64,000 nt of DNA from Nitrospirota bacterium (lineage in GTDB: Bacteria > Nitrospirota > UBA9217). Where the stretch lies: NCBI GenBank assembly GCA_963741205.1, contig CAVUHW010000030.1, positions 32,001 to 96,000 of the forward strand, given 5' to 3'. Positions 14,149-24,737 of this stretch are shown in pieces. The first letter of the stretch is position 1. Every line of letters begins with the position of its first letter. The notes below the pieces were generated by a model. That model did not search any database. It was given only the letters and a program-made list of their open reading frames with translations, and was not told where the DNA came from. The position numbers and the translations under genes are program-made.

Positions 14149-15433
14149 ATGAAAGACGTTGTCATCATAGACGGTTTCCGAACTCCTTACGCCAAGGCGG
14201 GAACGGCATTCAAGGACGTGCATGCCGTCGACCTCGGGGCAGTTATCGTCAAGGAGATCATAAGCCGGACAGATATCGACCGAGAACGGCTCGACGAAGT
14301 GATCATAGGGAATGCGGGCATGCCCGTCCGACGCCGCGAACATCGCGCGGGTAATCGCGCTCCGCGCCGGAATCCCCGAACGCATCCCCGCCTACAGCGT
14401 GCAGCGCAACTGCGCCTCCGGTATGCAGGCCGCGGCTGGCGCGTATACGCAGATCCTCGCAGGCATGAGCGAGATCGTTCTCGTCGGCGGCGTGGAATCC
14501 ATGTCAAACTATGCCTTCTCCATGAAGAAGAAGCTGCGTGACGCTATAACGGCGGTGCAGCGGTCCAAGACGTGTTATGCGAAGGCGCGCACCATCCTCT
14601 CGCTCAGGCCGAGAGATCTCCTCCCCGTCGTCGGTTTGACCGAAGGCCTTACCGATCCCGTGTCCGGGCTTATCATGGGAGAGACCGCCGAGGTGCTCGT
14701 CAGGGACTTCGGCATCACCCGGCGCGAGCAGGATGAGTATGCCCTCGACAGCCACCGGCGATGGACCGCAGCGAACGAATCCGGAAAGTTCAAGAACGAG
14801 ATCGTGCCGTTCTATGTGCCGCCCAAGTTCGAGGCAGTGGAAGAAGATATCGGGCCGCGCAAGAACCAGACCATGGAAGCGCTCGAGAAACTGCCTCCGT
14901 ACTTCGACAAGCGGTTCGGCACTGTCACGGCAGGCAATTCGTCGCCCATTACCGACGGTGCCGCTGCGGCGCTTATCATGAGCGCGGAAAAGGCAAAGGC
15001 CCTGGGATACAAGCCGCTCGGTCATATCAGGGCGGTTGCCTTCGCCGGCTTCGACCCGTCGCGCATGGGCATCAGCCCGCTGTATTCCTCGCACAAGGCG
15101 CTGAAGCTCGCGGGGATGACCATGAAGGACATCGAACTGATCGAGCTGAACGAGGCCTTTGCCGCGCAGATCATCGCCGTTGAACGGGCCGCGGTATCAA
15201 AGGAGTACTTTGCGAAGCATCTGCCCGGAGAAGAGCCGATCGGCGAATTCAGACGGGACATCATGAACGTGAACGGCGGCGCCATTGCCGTGGGCCATCC
15301 CGTGGGCTCGTCAGGTCTTCGGATCATCATCACGCTGCTCAAGGAAATGGAAAGGCGCGGCCTGTCCACCGGCCTTGCCACCCTCTGTATCGGCGGCGGA
15401 CAGGGCGGAACGATGATCGTGGAACGGAGATAA
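14149..15433 (+). CDS. fadI: 3-ketoacyl-CoA thiolase (FadI/FadA), frameshift near 14325
   Basis: RNCASG, NEAFAA, GGAIAVGHPVG, CIGGGQG. Confidence 0.9.
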
Positions 15434-15499
15434 ATGCTTAGATGAAATTGAAAATTGGATAGTTGAATCTTTAAATCCAAATTTGCATGAGAGTTTCCC

Positions 15500-17617
15500 A
15501 TGAACGCTTTCACCTACGAAATAGACAAAGATGGAATCGCTATCCTGACCTTCGACCTCCCCGGAGAAAAGGTCAATAAACTCACGACGCCGGTGATGCA
15601 GGAACTCGGACCCTTCTGGACGAACTCGCTTCGAAGAAGGAGATCAAGGCCCTCGTGTTCCGGAGCGGCAAGGAAGGGAACTTCATCGTCGGCGCCGATA
15701 TCGCCGAGATCAGGGGGATCACGGACACCGCAACCGGCGAACAGCTGTCGCGGCGAGGACAGGCCGTTTTAAGCAAGCTCGAATCGCTCCCCTTCCCGAC
15801 CGTGGCCGCCATCCACGGCCCTTGCATGGGCGGTGGCCTGGAACTCGCCCTCGCCTGCGCGTACCGCGTCATCAGCAACGATCCGAAAACAGCGCTCGCC
15901 CTTCCTGAGGTCAAACTCGGCATCATCCCCGGGTTCGGCGGGACCCAGCGCCTGCCGCGCCTCGTCGGCCTCACAAACGCCCTCGACATGATCCTGACAG
16001 GTAAGTCCGTCTACGCGAAGAAAGCGGGGAAGATCGGGCTTGCGGACGAGGTGACGTATAAGGAGATCCTGCTCGACCGGGCAAAAATCATGGCAAAGAA
16101 AGCCGTCGGAAAACCGCGGCCGACGAAAGTCAGGGCAAGAAGGCCGCTCGCGGTCACACTGATCGAGGGGAACTCCGCTTACGCGGCCCCTCGTCTTCCG
16201 CATGGCGGAAAAGAACGTGATCAGAGGAAACTCGCGGCAATTACCCTGCCCCGCTTGCGGCATTGGAGTCGGTCCGCTACGGATTTGCGCACACAAGGGA
16301 AGATGGATATCTGAAGGAAGCGAGGCTCCTGGCCGAACTCGCCCCGACCGAGGTATCGAAGAACCTCATCTCCGTCTTCTACCTGAATGAGACGCTCAAG
16401 AAAGACCCGCATCCTTCTTCGGTGAAAGTCTCTTCCGCGGGCGTATTCGGCGCAGGCGTGATGGGCGGCGGCATTGCCCAGCTCTTTGCGGAAAAGGGCA
16501 TTACGGTCAGGATGAAGGACATCAATACCAAAGCGGTGGGCTCAGGCTTGAAAGAAGCCTGGGAGATATTCGGAAAGAGACGAAACAAAGGGATCCTCAC
16601 CGCGATCCAGGCCCGCGACGGCTTCGACCGCATCACGGGGACCACGGACTACACAGGCTTCGGAAAGGCCGAGCTGGCAGTCGAGGCCGTGGTCGAAAAC
16701 ATGGACATCAAAAAATCCGTGCTGCAAGATTTCGAACAGATGCCGGGGACAGCGGCGATCTATGCATCGAACACCTCGTCCCTCTCCATAACCGAGATGG
16801 CGACAGCATCACAGCGGCCCGAACGCGTCGTCGGCATGCACTTCTTCAATCCCGTTGAAAAGATGCCGCTCGTCGAAGTGGTGCGGGGAAAGAAGACATC
16901 GGAGGAGACCGTTGCCGCCATTGCAACGCTCTCGACGGAGGCTCGGAAAGCTCCCGGTGATCGTAAACGACGGCCCCGGCTTCCTCGTGAACCGCATCCT
17001 GATGACATACCTTGAAGAAGCGGTCACGATGCTTGAACAGGGAGGGACTATCGAGGGCATCGACGGTCCGCTCCTCAAATTCGGCATGCCCATGGGCGCC
17101 TTCATCCTGCTCGACGAGATCGGCATCGACATCGCGCACAAAGTCTCCGAGATACTCTATAAGGGACTGGGTGACCGCGTCAAACCCGGCAGCCTCCTCG
17201 GAGCGCTTTATAAGGACGGATATCTCGGCAAGAAAAACGGGAAAGGCTTCTATATATATGAGGGAAGAAAAAGGGGCGGACCGGATGCTTCTGTGTACGG
17301 CAAGATATCGTCCCGGGGGAAAGAAACGATCAGTCCTGAAGAAATCGTTGACCGGGCCATGCTGCTCATGGTCAAGGAAGCCGCGCTCTGCCTGGAGGAG
17401 AAGATCATCGACAGGCCGGACCTCCTGGATGCCTCGCTCATCTTCGGCATAGGGTTCCCGCCCTTCCGCGGCGGCCTGCTCAGGTACGCGGACAAGATCG
17501 GCGCGAAGACCATCGTAGAAAAGCTCGAAGGGTTTGCGAAGAAGTACGGCGACCGGTTCACGCCGCCCGCAGTCGCTCGTGGAGATGGCGAAAACGGGGA
17601 AGGGATTTTATTCGTAA
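15500..17617 (+). CDS. fadJ: Fatty acid oxidation complex alpha subunit (enoyl-CoA hydratase/3-hydroxyacyl-CoA dehydrogenase), several indels
   Basis: GGGLELALAC, LPEVKLG, GAGVMGGGIA, ASNTSSL, GMHFFNP, GFLVNR, GFPPFRGG. Confidence 0.9.
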
Positions 17618-17808
17618 ATAAAAAGGATAATGTTCAAGACGTTCTCCGCGATCACTCGTCGGTGAGACTTTGACATTGCGCCCTCGTGAGAGAGCTGCCA
17701 AAAGCAAAGCTGGAATGCCGTTGTCGTAAAAGGAGGGTTCTCCTTGATGGTTACGATGATTAAAGGAAGTGTGACGGTATGTCAAGGAGATATTCGGGGA
17801 GATAACTA

Positions 17809-18213
17809 CTACGTTATCCATTCCACTGCCACGTCAGCGCCGAACTTCTTGAATTCCGGGTCGCCGGTCACGACCTTTGCTTTTTTCCGTACACCGAGAG
17901 CGGCCGCGAAACAGTCCGCGTAAGCGACGGCGTGTACGCCCTTGAGTCTCGCCGCTTCTCTGGTCATGTCCGTATCGGCGTCAACGATGGAGATCGGAAG
18001 CTGCTCCGCGATGAACCACACCTCGTCCGCTTGTTCGCGGCCCCGTTCCCGTAGCGTATTATAGTAGACCTCGCCGAGATTGATGACCGAGAGAAAGAGC
18101 TTCGTCTTGCCCGCCTGAGCCGCTTTCAGTATTTTTCTGACCTGCTCTCCGCCGGCCTCGTCTTCAAAATGCGCCAGCAGCGCATAGCTGTCCAGGACAT
18201 AGGCGCTATCCAC
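17809..18213 (-). CDS. vapC: PIN-domain toxin
   Basis: YVLDSYAL, INLGEVYY, AYADCF, VVTGDPEF. Confidence 0.9.
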   Translation of the reverse strand: MDSAYVLDSYALLAHFEDEAGGEQVRKILKAAQAGKTKLFLSVINLGEVYYNTLRERGREQADEVWFIAEQLPISIVDADTDMTREAARLKGVHAVAYADCFAAALGVRKKAKVVTGDPEFKKFGADVAVEWIT

Positions 18214-18442
18214 GCCTGGCCTCCTCGCGCCTGTCCTTGAGCAGGGCCTTTGTCAGAGACGTTTTTCCCTTCAATATGCCCCGGGATGCCTCGACCGGGT
18301 CGTCGGGGAGCGGTTTCAGCAGGATCACATTCCCCGCGCCTTCGGATATTGCGACCCGCGTGCCTTTTTTGATGTTGAACTTCTTCCTGAGCTCGGCAGG
18401 AATGATTACCTGTCCCTTGATAGTAGCCTTTGAGATGGTCAT
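18206..18442 (-). CDS. vapB: AbrB/MazE-type antitoxin
   Basis: KGQVIIPAELRKKFNIKKG; overlaps the vapC start. Confidence 0.88.
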   Translation of the reverse strand: MTISKATIKGQVIIPAELRKKFNIKKGTRVAISEGAGNVILLKPLPDDPVEASRGILKGKTSLTKALLKDRREEARRG

Positions 18443-18473
18443 GGTATACCTCCTCCCTGTTTGTTATACCATG

Positions 18474-18500
18474 ATACCTGAAAGGTATACGTTCTGTCAA
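18474..18500 (-). promoter_or_regulatory. vapBC promoter/operator
   Basis: TTGACA..TATCAT with the inverted repeat atacct-gaa-aggtat. Confidence 0.55.
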
Positions 18501-18599
18501 CGACATACATTACAGAATCGGAAGCACCAAAATACGGGGTGAAATTAATGAGGAGGGCGAGAGGCAGGCGACGGGGCGCGGGATTGCGCCCGACGCCCT

Positions 18600-18785
18600 T
18601 TATCCCTTCTCGATCGTGATGGCGTAGTAGGGACATACCAGGAGGACGCCCTTGTCCCTCTCGGCGTCGAACTTGTCGGCATTGATGACCCACGCCTTGT
18701 CGTCGCGCATCTCGAAGAACATGGGATACGCGTCGGCGCAGCCGCCGCATCCCTGGCATAAGCCGTAATCGATATTCGGGACCAT
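18600..18785 (-). CDS. Single-cluster ferredoxin
   Basis: CQGCGGC...CP, 61 aa. Confidence 0.85.
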   Translation of the reverse strand: MVPNIDYGLCQGCGGCADAYPMFFEMRDDKAWVINADKFDAERDKGVLLVCPYYAITIEKG

Positions 18786-18825
18786 GACCCGCCCTCGCTT
18801 TCTTCTGCCGCTGTTCCTCTCAGGT

Positions 18826-19047
18826 TCACTTCTTCGCTATCTTGACCTTCCAGACCGCCGGCCCCTGTTCGAGATACTCCCATTCGAACAGGCCTTCGCG
18901 CTCATGCAGGAAACTGTAGTAGAGCGGCTTCGGGTCATGATCGTTGACCAGAACGAACGCCTCGCCCTTCTTCATTTCGTCGAAGGTCGCAAAGATCACC
19001 GGGTGTCTTTCCTTTGGGATGATTACGGTAACATCTAACTCACGCAT
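18826..19047 (-). CDS. DUF2249 domain protein
   Basis: LDVTVIIPKERHPVIF, LVNDHDPKPLYY, FEWEYLEQGP. Confidence 0.85.
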   Translation of the reverse strand: MRELDVTVIIPKERHPVIFATFDEMKKGEAFVLVNDHDPKPLYYSFLHEREGLFEWEYLEQGPAVWKVKIAKK

Positions 19048-19147
19048 GGCTCGTCTCCTCTTGTTGTCGATGCGGCAAAACATCTCCGCATCAACAGAAT
19101 AGAATGATATATCTGGAATAACTATAGAACAAACAGAGGAGGTTCGC

Positions 19148-19163
19148 TATGACTCAGGTCATA
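19148..19163. promoter_or_regulatory. Crp/Fnr-family palindromic site
   Basis: TATGAC-tcag-GTCATA (TGA-N6-TCA), about 100 bp upstream of DUF2249. Confidence 0.55.
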
Positions 19164-19191
19164 TCCTTTTTATCGAGGCGGGAAATGGGAA

Positions 19192-19221
19192 GGTTGGGTT
19201 CCGGCATCACCGGACCCAACC
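19192..19221 (-). terminator. Hairpin downstream of the CBS gene
   Basis: ggttgggttccgg-catca-ccggacccaacc. Confidence 0.5.
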
Positions 19222-19255
19222 ACGGGACAAGACTCTATCGCTGGCTGAAGGATGC

Positions 19256-19725
19256 CTAAGCGGAAACGTACTCTCGTGAGTACTCGTTGCCCGCGATGTA
19301 GTTTTCGAGGTCGGCAATCGCTTTTTCCTGCTCCGACATGATCGTGTTGACCACGTCGCCGATACTCACGACGCCCCGAAGCAGATCATGATCCACAACC
19401 GGAAGATGGCGGATGCGGTTTATGGTCATCAGCACCATACAGTCCTGCATTGAAGCATCCATGCCGACGGAGATCGGCGGGCTGCTCATCAGTTCCCGCA
19501 CTGTCGTGCCCTTGGACGACTTGCCTTTGAGAATCACCTTGCGGGCATAATCCCGTTCCGAAAAAACGCCGATAAGCCTTCCATCCTCCACAACGAGCAG
19601 CGCCCCGATGTTCTTGTCCGCCATGATCTCCAAGGCGTCATACGTCGTTGCCTCGGGGCCGACTGCGATGAACCCCTGTCCTTCTTTGACCGCAACACCT
19701 GACTGACGGTAATGGCTGTGTACAT
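19256..19725 (-). CDS. CBS-pair protein (frameshift near 19650-19680)
   Basis: NIGALLVVE, GVFSERDYARKV, RIRHLPVV, VSIGDVV. Confidence 0.88.
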
Positions 19726-20041
19726 ATGCGTTCCCTCCTTTCGTTACTCGGAATGATACTGATGACTAAAAAGGCCGGGTATGCCTCAGATTCATGTCTT
19801 TCGGCAACTCGGCCTCCCTCCCCCCGGGGAAGATGCGTCCGCTGTTTTCACCCCTCTTGCGAAGGCGGTTTTATCGAGATAGGCCGTTCATTCTTGACAC
19901 ATCTATAACACTCGACAGTATCCCTGTCAAATTCTATTTAAGAACAGCATATTATCTCAATCTAGCTTTTGAGTTGTCTTTTGTAGTATCTGAATGCGGG
20001 AAATGGGGGCAGGTGATCATCAAACACAACATGCGGGAAAA

Positions 20042-20828
20042 TTAGGTATTCGGGTCCGGTCCGGGGGTTTGCTTATGATCCATACCGCTGAAAACGATTT
20101 TGCCGATGTATTCCTTGAGCTCGGTCGACGCCTTGAGGGCCGCCTGGATCACTGACGGATCGTAGACCCTCCCTGATGCCCGGACGATTTCCTCCAACGC
20201 GTCCTCGAACGAGACCGCCTCGCGGTAGGTCCGTTTTACCGTGAGCGCGTCAAGGGCGTCGGCCACGGCGAAGACCCTGGCCCCGTGCGGGATGTCGTCA
20301 CCCTTGAGGCCCCTGGGATAGCCTGTCCCGTCGAAATGCTCATGATGGCAGCGGATGATCTCGGGCGGCATGGGCAAAGTAGCCGATGTGGCTGATGATC
20401 CGAAAGCCGATTTCCGGGTGTCTGCGCATAATGATTTGCTCTTCGGCAGTCAGGGGCCCCGGTTTGTGAAGCACGGCGTCGGGGACGCCGATCTTGCCGA
20501 TATCGTGGAGCAGCGCGCCGCAGTACAGGTCCACAAGGTCCCTGCCGTGGACTTCGCAGGCGTTTGCGATGATGAGGGAGTACTCGGTCACCCGGAGGGA
20601 ATGGTTGCCGACCTCATGCTCGCGGGCGTCGATGGCGTTCACGAAGGCCTCGAGCGTCACGAGGTAGGCGGTATCGATATGATGGACGATGCCTTCGAGA
20701 TAGGTATCGCTGAAATAGCAGTGCTCGCAGCGGTAGGTGCCGTCCGGCCTCATGACGTACCGGTTCTCTTCGATCGGCCCCCCGCAGTTCGGGCATGAAT
20801 GGATGTGCTCCACTTCCGGTACGGGCAT
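20042..20828 (-). CDS. HD-GYP cyclic dinucleotide phosphodiesterase with N-terminal CxxC/CxxC (frameshift near 20375)
   Basis: NHSLRV, LLHDIGKIG, HHEHFDGTGYPRGL, AVADALDA. Confidence 0.9.
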
Positions 20829-20992
20829 GTTTTTAGCGTATCAGCGGCCGCATCGTTTGTCAATGGGAGGAAGTGCCCGTTTTTGCAAAAAGAAGACACA
20901 TCGACTATAATAGCAATACAGTCTCTAGAATTTTTGCACTTTCAATTTTCCAATTTTCAATTCTGCTTTCTTCGGGTTGGGGAAGGACATGC

Positions 20993-21250
20993 ATGCTTAT
21001 GGACACGATGGAAAGGATCAGGAGGCTTTTTATCGACCGGATCGACATCAGGGAAGAGCTGGTGAAGCCGGAGGTTACGCTGGAAAGCCTGGGCCTCGAT
21101 TCTCTGGATAAGATTGAGTTCCTGTTTTCCCTCGAGGAAGAATTCCACATCAAGATCGACGATCGGTCGAAGACGATAGCAACGATCCAGAACGTGGCCG
21201 ACCTGGTCGATACCATCGTGGCAGAGCAGCGGCCCGGGGTACGGGCATAA
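20993..21250 (+). CDS. Acyl carrier protein
   Basis: LGLDSLD phosphopantetheine site, LEEEFHI. Confidence 0.9.
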   Translation: MLMDTMERIRRLFIDRIDIREELVKPEVTLESLGLDSLDKIEFLFSLEEEFHIKIDDRSKTIATIQNVADLVDTIVAEQRPGVRA

Positions 21251-21260
21251 GGAGCCCATC

Positions 21261-22492
21261 GTGAAACGTGTCGCCGTAACAGGCGTGGGTGTCATCTCCC
21301 CTGTGGGAAATACCGCCGAGGTCTTTTTCCACAACCTTGCGGCCGGCAGGTCGGGCATCCGCAGGATTTCCTCGGATTTTGCGGACCGCCTCTCGGTCAC
21401 CGTCGCGGCGGAATCTACGTTCAGAGGAGAGGACTACTATTCGAAAAAGCAACTCGGCCTCCTCGACCGGGCGAGCCAGATGGCGCTGGCCGCCGCGTCC
21501 CAGGCATGGACCGATTCCGGCCTGGATCTCAGCGATGAGGAAAAACATCGCTCCGGCGTTTACATGGGAACGGGGATGGGCGGCGCAAACTCGCTCGATG
21601 AGATGTTCGGCAAATTATACAGAGAAGATGTTGCGCGGGTCAGCCCTCTTTTTGTCACGAAAATCATGTCGAATGCTCCCGCCTCCCACATTTCCATTCA
21701 GTACGGCCTCTCCGGCCCCTGCCTTACTTTTTCCACGGCCTGTTCCTCCTCCTCCGTGTCTATCGGCGAGGCCTTTCGTCAGATCAAGGCCGGTTACGCC
21801 GACATCATCCTCGCCGGCGGCGCCGAGAGCCTTCTAGCCTACGGGTCCTTCAAATGCTGGGAATCGCTCGGCGTACTCGCGCCCGAAGACGCGGAAAATC
21901 CGGCTGCCTCCTGCAGGCCATTTTCCAGGGACCGGGCCGGTTTTGTACTCGGTGAAGGAGCAGCCGTCGTGGTGCTGGAAGATATGGAGCGGGCAAGAAA
22001 GCGCGGGGCGGTCATCTATGCCGAACTTGCCGGCTACGGATCGACGTCGGATGCCCATCATATCACGAGCCCCTCCGTGGCGGGTCAGGCGCGGGCAATG
22101 CTGCGTGGCACTGGAGGAGGCGGAAACATCGACCGACGAGATCGATTATATAAACGCACACGGGACCGCGACGACCAAAAACGACATCGTGGAAACCCAG
22201 GCGATCAAGGAAGTCTTCGGCGCCCGGGCAAAGTCCATCCCGGCCAGTTCAACAAAATCCATGCACGGACATCTGCTGGGGGCAACAGGCGCGGTGGAAT
22301 TCGTGGCGGCCCTCCTCGCCATGAAACATCAAACAATCCCCCCCACGGCTTATCTCCGGGTACCTGACCCCGAATGCGATCTCGATTATGTACCGAATGT
22401 CGGGAAGGATGGGAGTGCGGGTGAGGACGATCATGTCCAATTCTTTCGCCTTCGGAGGAACGAATGCCGTGCTGGTTGCGAAGGCGGTATAA
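21261..22492 (+). CDS. fabF: Beta-ketoacyl-ACP synthase II family (indels near 22105 and 22410)
   Basis: RVAVTGVG, TACSSS, GFVLGEG, NAHGTAT, GHLLGA, NSFAFGGTN. Confidence 0.9.
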
Positions 22493-22515
22493 GCTGCGCA
22501 GATGCTGTTTTGCGC

Positions 22516-22617
22516 CTACCTTTTTCCCAGAAAATACGCATGGGCGGAGAGCCCTGCGCCGAAAGCGACCATGATGCACCGCTCTCAGGAGGCGATCCCC
22601 TTTCCGAGTTCCTGCGT
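22516..22617 (-). pseudogene. Decayed duplicate of the type III PKS 3' end
   Basis: Matches 23474-23576 (atacgcatgggc.gagagccc.gcgccgaa.gcgaccatgatgcacc.ctct). Confidence 0.8.
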
Positions 22618-22642
22618 ACTTGTCCTTAATCACGCAGGTTTT

Positions 22643-23377
22643 TCACGGGTTGATTGCCTCACGTGGAAGCAGCTTGGAGAAACGCGGATCGACGGAGAGG
22701 TCGGATTTAAGGACCTCATTGCGCAAATTCCTGAACGTCGTTTTCGGCCAGTCTTTTAGGAAGTAGTTAACGAGCCATTTCGGGATCCACCCTTTCGGGT
22801 CGCAGAGAAACTCCGCGTCGACCTTCGTTTTTGTGTCGTTCTCGGTAAAACTCAGGACAAAGGTCGCGTCGATCAGTTCGCCGCGAATATAGCTGGTACG
22901 TGGGGCAGAGGGGTCGTCTGATGGCTGATAATGGAAGGTCATCTCCCTCCTGGACTGATTGAAGCTCATGTTGATTTTCGACACAAAATCACGATCCCTG
23001 AAGAAGATCGGCATTCTAATGTGATCGTACTCAACGACATTGTCCTGGTCTTCCCAACGGATGATCCTGGTATCGACGAGGCCCTCGATCCATTCCCGCC
23101 GCCTGTCGGTATCAAAGATGATCGTCGCTACTAAGGGCAACGGCGCTTCGACGATGCCGACACCGCGAAATGCTATTAGCCTGTCGCCCATTTCCTTCTG
23201 AAAAATTTGAATGCCGTCGGTCGTTACGTCAACAGTGCTCCACTCGGCCCCGTGGGAAAGGTGAGCCAGGAGCACAAAAAGTGCGATACAGCCTGCCATC
23301 CGTCCCCAGCGACCACTCGAATCGCTCCAAGAGGATTCTCTAGGTGCTCTCCATTTTATAAGACGAGGGTCGCTCAT
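22643..23377 (-). CDS. START-domain lipid-binding protein, probably exported
   Basis: Hydrophobic N-terminal segment, AFRGVGIVEAPL, RDRDFV, DPKGWIPKWLVN. Confidence 0.8.
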   Translation of the reverse strand: MSDPRLIKWRAPRESSWSDSSGRWGRMAGCIALFVLLAHLSHGAEWSTVDVTTDGIQIFQKEMGDRLIAFRGVGIVEAPLPLVATIIFDTDRRREWIEGLVDTRIIRWEDQDNVVEYDHIRMPIFFRDRDFVSKINMSFNQSRREMTFHYQPSDDPSAPRTSYIRGELIDATFVLSFTENDTKTKVDAEFLCDPKGWIPKWLVNYFLKDWPKTTFRNLRNEVLKSDLSVDPRFSKLLPREAINP

Positions 23378-23473
23378 TTTGAGGCATTATGATCTTTTTC
23401 TTTCGAATAGGTTTTGTTCTTAAGAATTCCCGCTCTCGCCACTGTCCCGGGACAATCAGGCTGAAGCCCGGGC

Positions 23474-24540
23474 CTACCTTTTCTTTAGCAGATACGCATG
23501 GGCCGAGAGCCCGGCGCCGAAGGCGACCATGATGCACCACTCTCCGGGAGCGATCCCTCTTTTTTCGAGTTCCTGCAGGACGAACCAGACCGTGGGCGAC
23601 GACATGTTGCCGTGTTCGGAAAGGACCGTGCGCGTGGCCTGCACCTGCTCATCCGACAATCCGATTTCGTCGCGCACGGCATTGATGATCTTCTCTCCGC
23701 CGGTGTGAAGCGCCCAGTGATTGATATCCCGGGGCTGTGAGCGACCGGGGCGCCAGGAGGTCGGCAACGACCTGGGCCGCGGCTTTTCTGACATAGTCCG
23801 GCAGCCTGAGCGATAGCTGGTTGTAGAGCTGGCCCTTCTTGTGCACAAAACGTATGGAGTCGCGCTGCTCCGGCACATACCTGCTTGCAGATGCGACGAG
23901 TTCATATCCCTCGGGCTTCGTCCAGACCACGGCGGCCGCGGCGCCGTCCCCAAAAAGAGTATTCGACAAGAGCAGGCTCAAGTCGTCTTCCATCTGAAAC
24001 GTAGCGGTACAGATCTCCACGGACACGCTCACCACCACGCCGCCGTTCTGCCCTGCCAGAGAACCGGCGATCTCAAGGTTGGGGATAGCTCCGCCGCATC
24101 CGCTTCCCACGAGGTCGTATACTCGCGCGCTCCGGGAAAGGCCCAGCTTTTCGATCAGATAAGTCGAGATGCCGGGGCAGATGTACCCCGTGCAGGTGTT
24201 CACGACGAGACCTGAGACATCTCCGGCTCCCAGTCCGACTTGTTCAAGCGCCCGGTTGATCGCCTGCGCCGAAAGTTCCTGGGACCAGTGCGTGAACCGG
24301 GCAACGCGGGCATCGAGGTCTTCATCCACGAGATTTTCGACATTGTCGATCGCAAAGTTCCGCTGTCCTGATGCTCGGATGGGAAAAAAGGGCGTGGATG
24401 AGCGACAGGCTCCGGGAACTCAGCCTTCCTTTATAGTGCTTGTACGCCAGTTGTTGGAGCACGTCTTGACTCACCGCATGGGGGGGTGTTGCCGTAGCAA
24501 CGGACGCGATATGCGGACTGGACGTATTTGATGATTTCAT
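23474..24540 (-). CDS. Type III polyketide synthase (chalcone synthase-like), indels near 24350 and 23740
   Basis: Catalytic triad GSGCGG, ALHTGG, HGNMSS; also LFGDGAAA and AFGAGL. Confidence 0.9.
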
Positions 24541-24593
24541 GGTCAAAGCTCGGCCTCCGGCCGCAAGCAGACTCAGATTTCCATACTGCAAAC

Positions 24594-24686
24594 GTTACGG
24601 GTTGTTGGATTTTCGGGTTACGGGTTGCGAGGTGCGGGGTGCGGGTTAGAATCTAACGCGCAACACGCAAAGGGCAACTCGCAACT
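24594..24686. repeat. Heptamer-unit intergenic palindrome
   Basis: gttacgggttgcgaggtgcggggtgcgggtt ... aacgcgcaacacgcaa..gcaactcgcaac. Confidence 0.7.
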
Positions 24687-24737
24687 GATTTTCCTCACCG
24701 TGCAACTGACAATGAAAAGATTCGCTCGCACACTTCC

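Noticed and set aside
12303-17617. Programmed frameshifting or pseudogenisation of the fad operon
   Set aside because: No consistent slippery sites, all catalytic motifs are preserved, and the pattern matches assembly indels.
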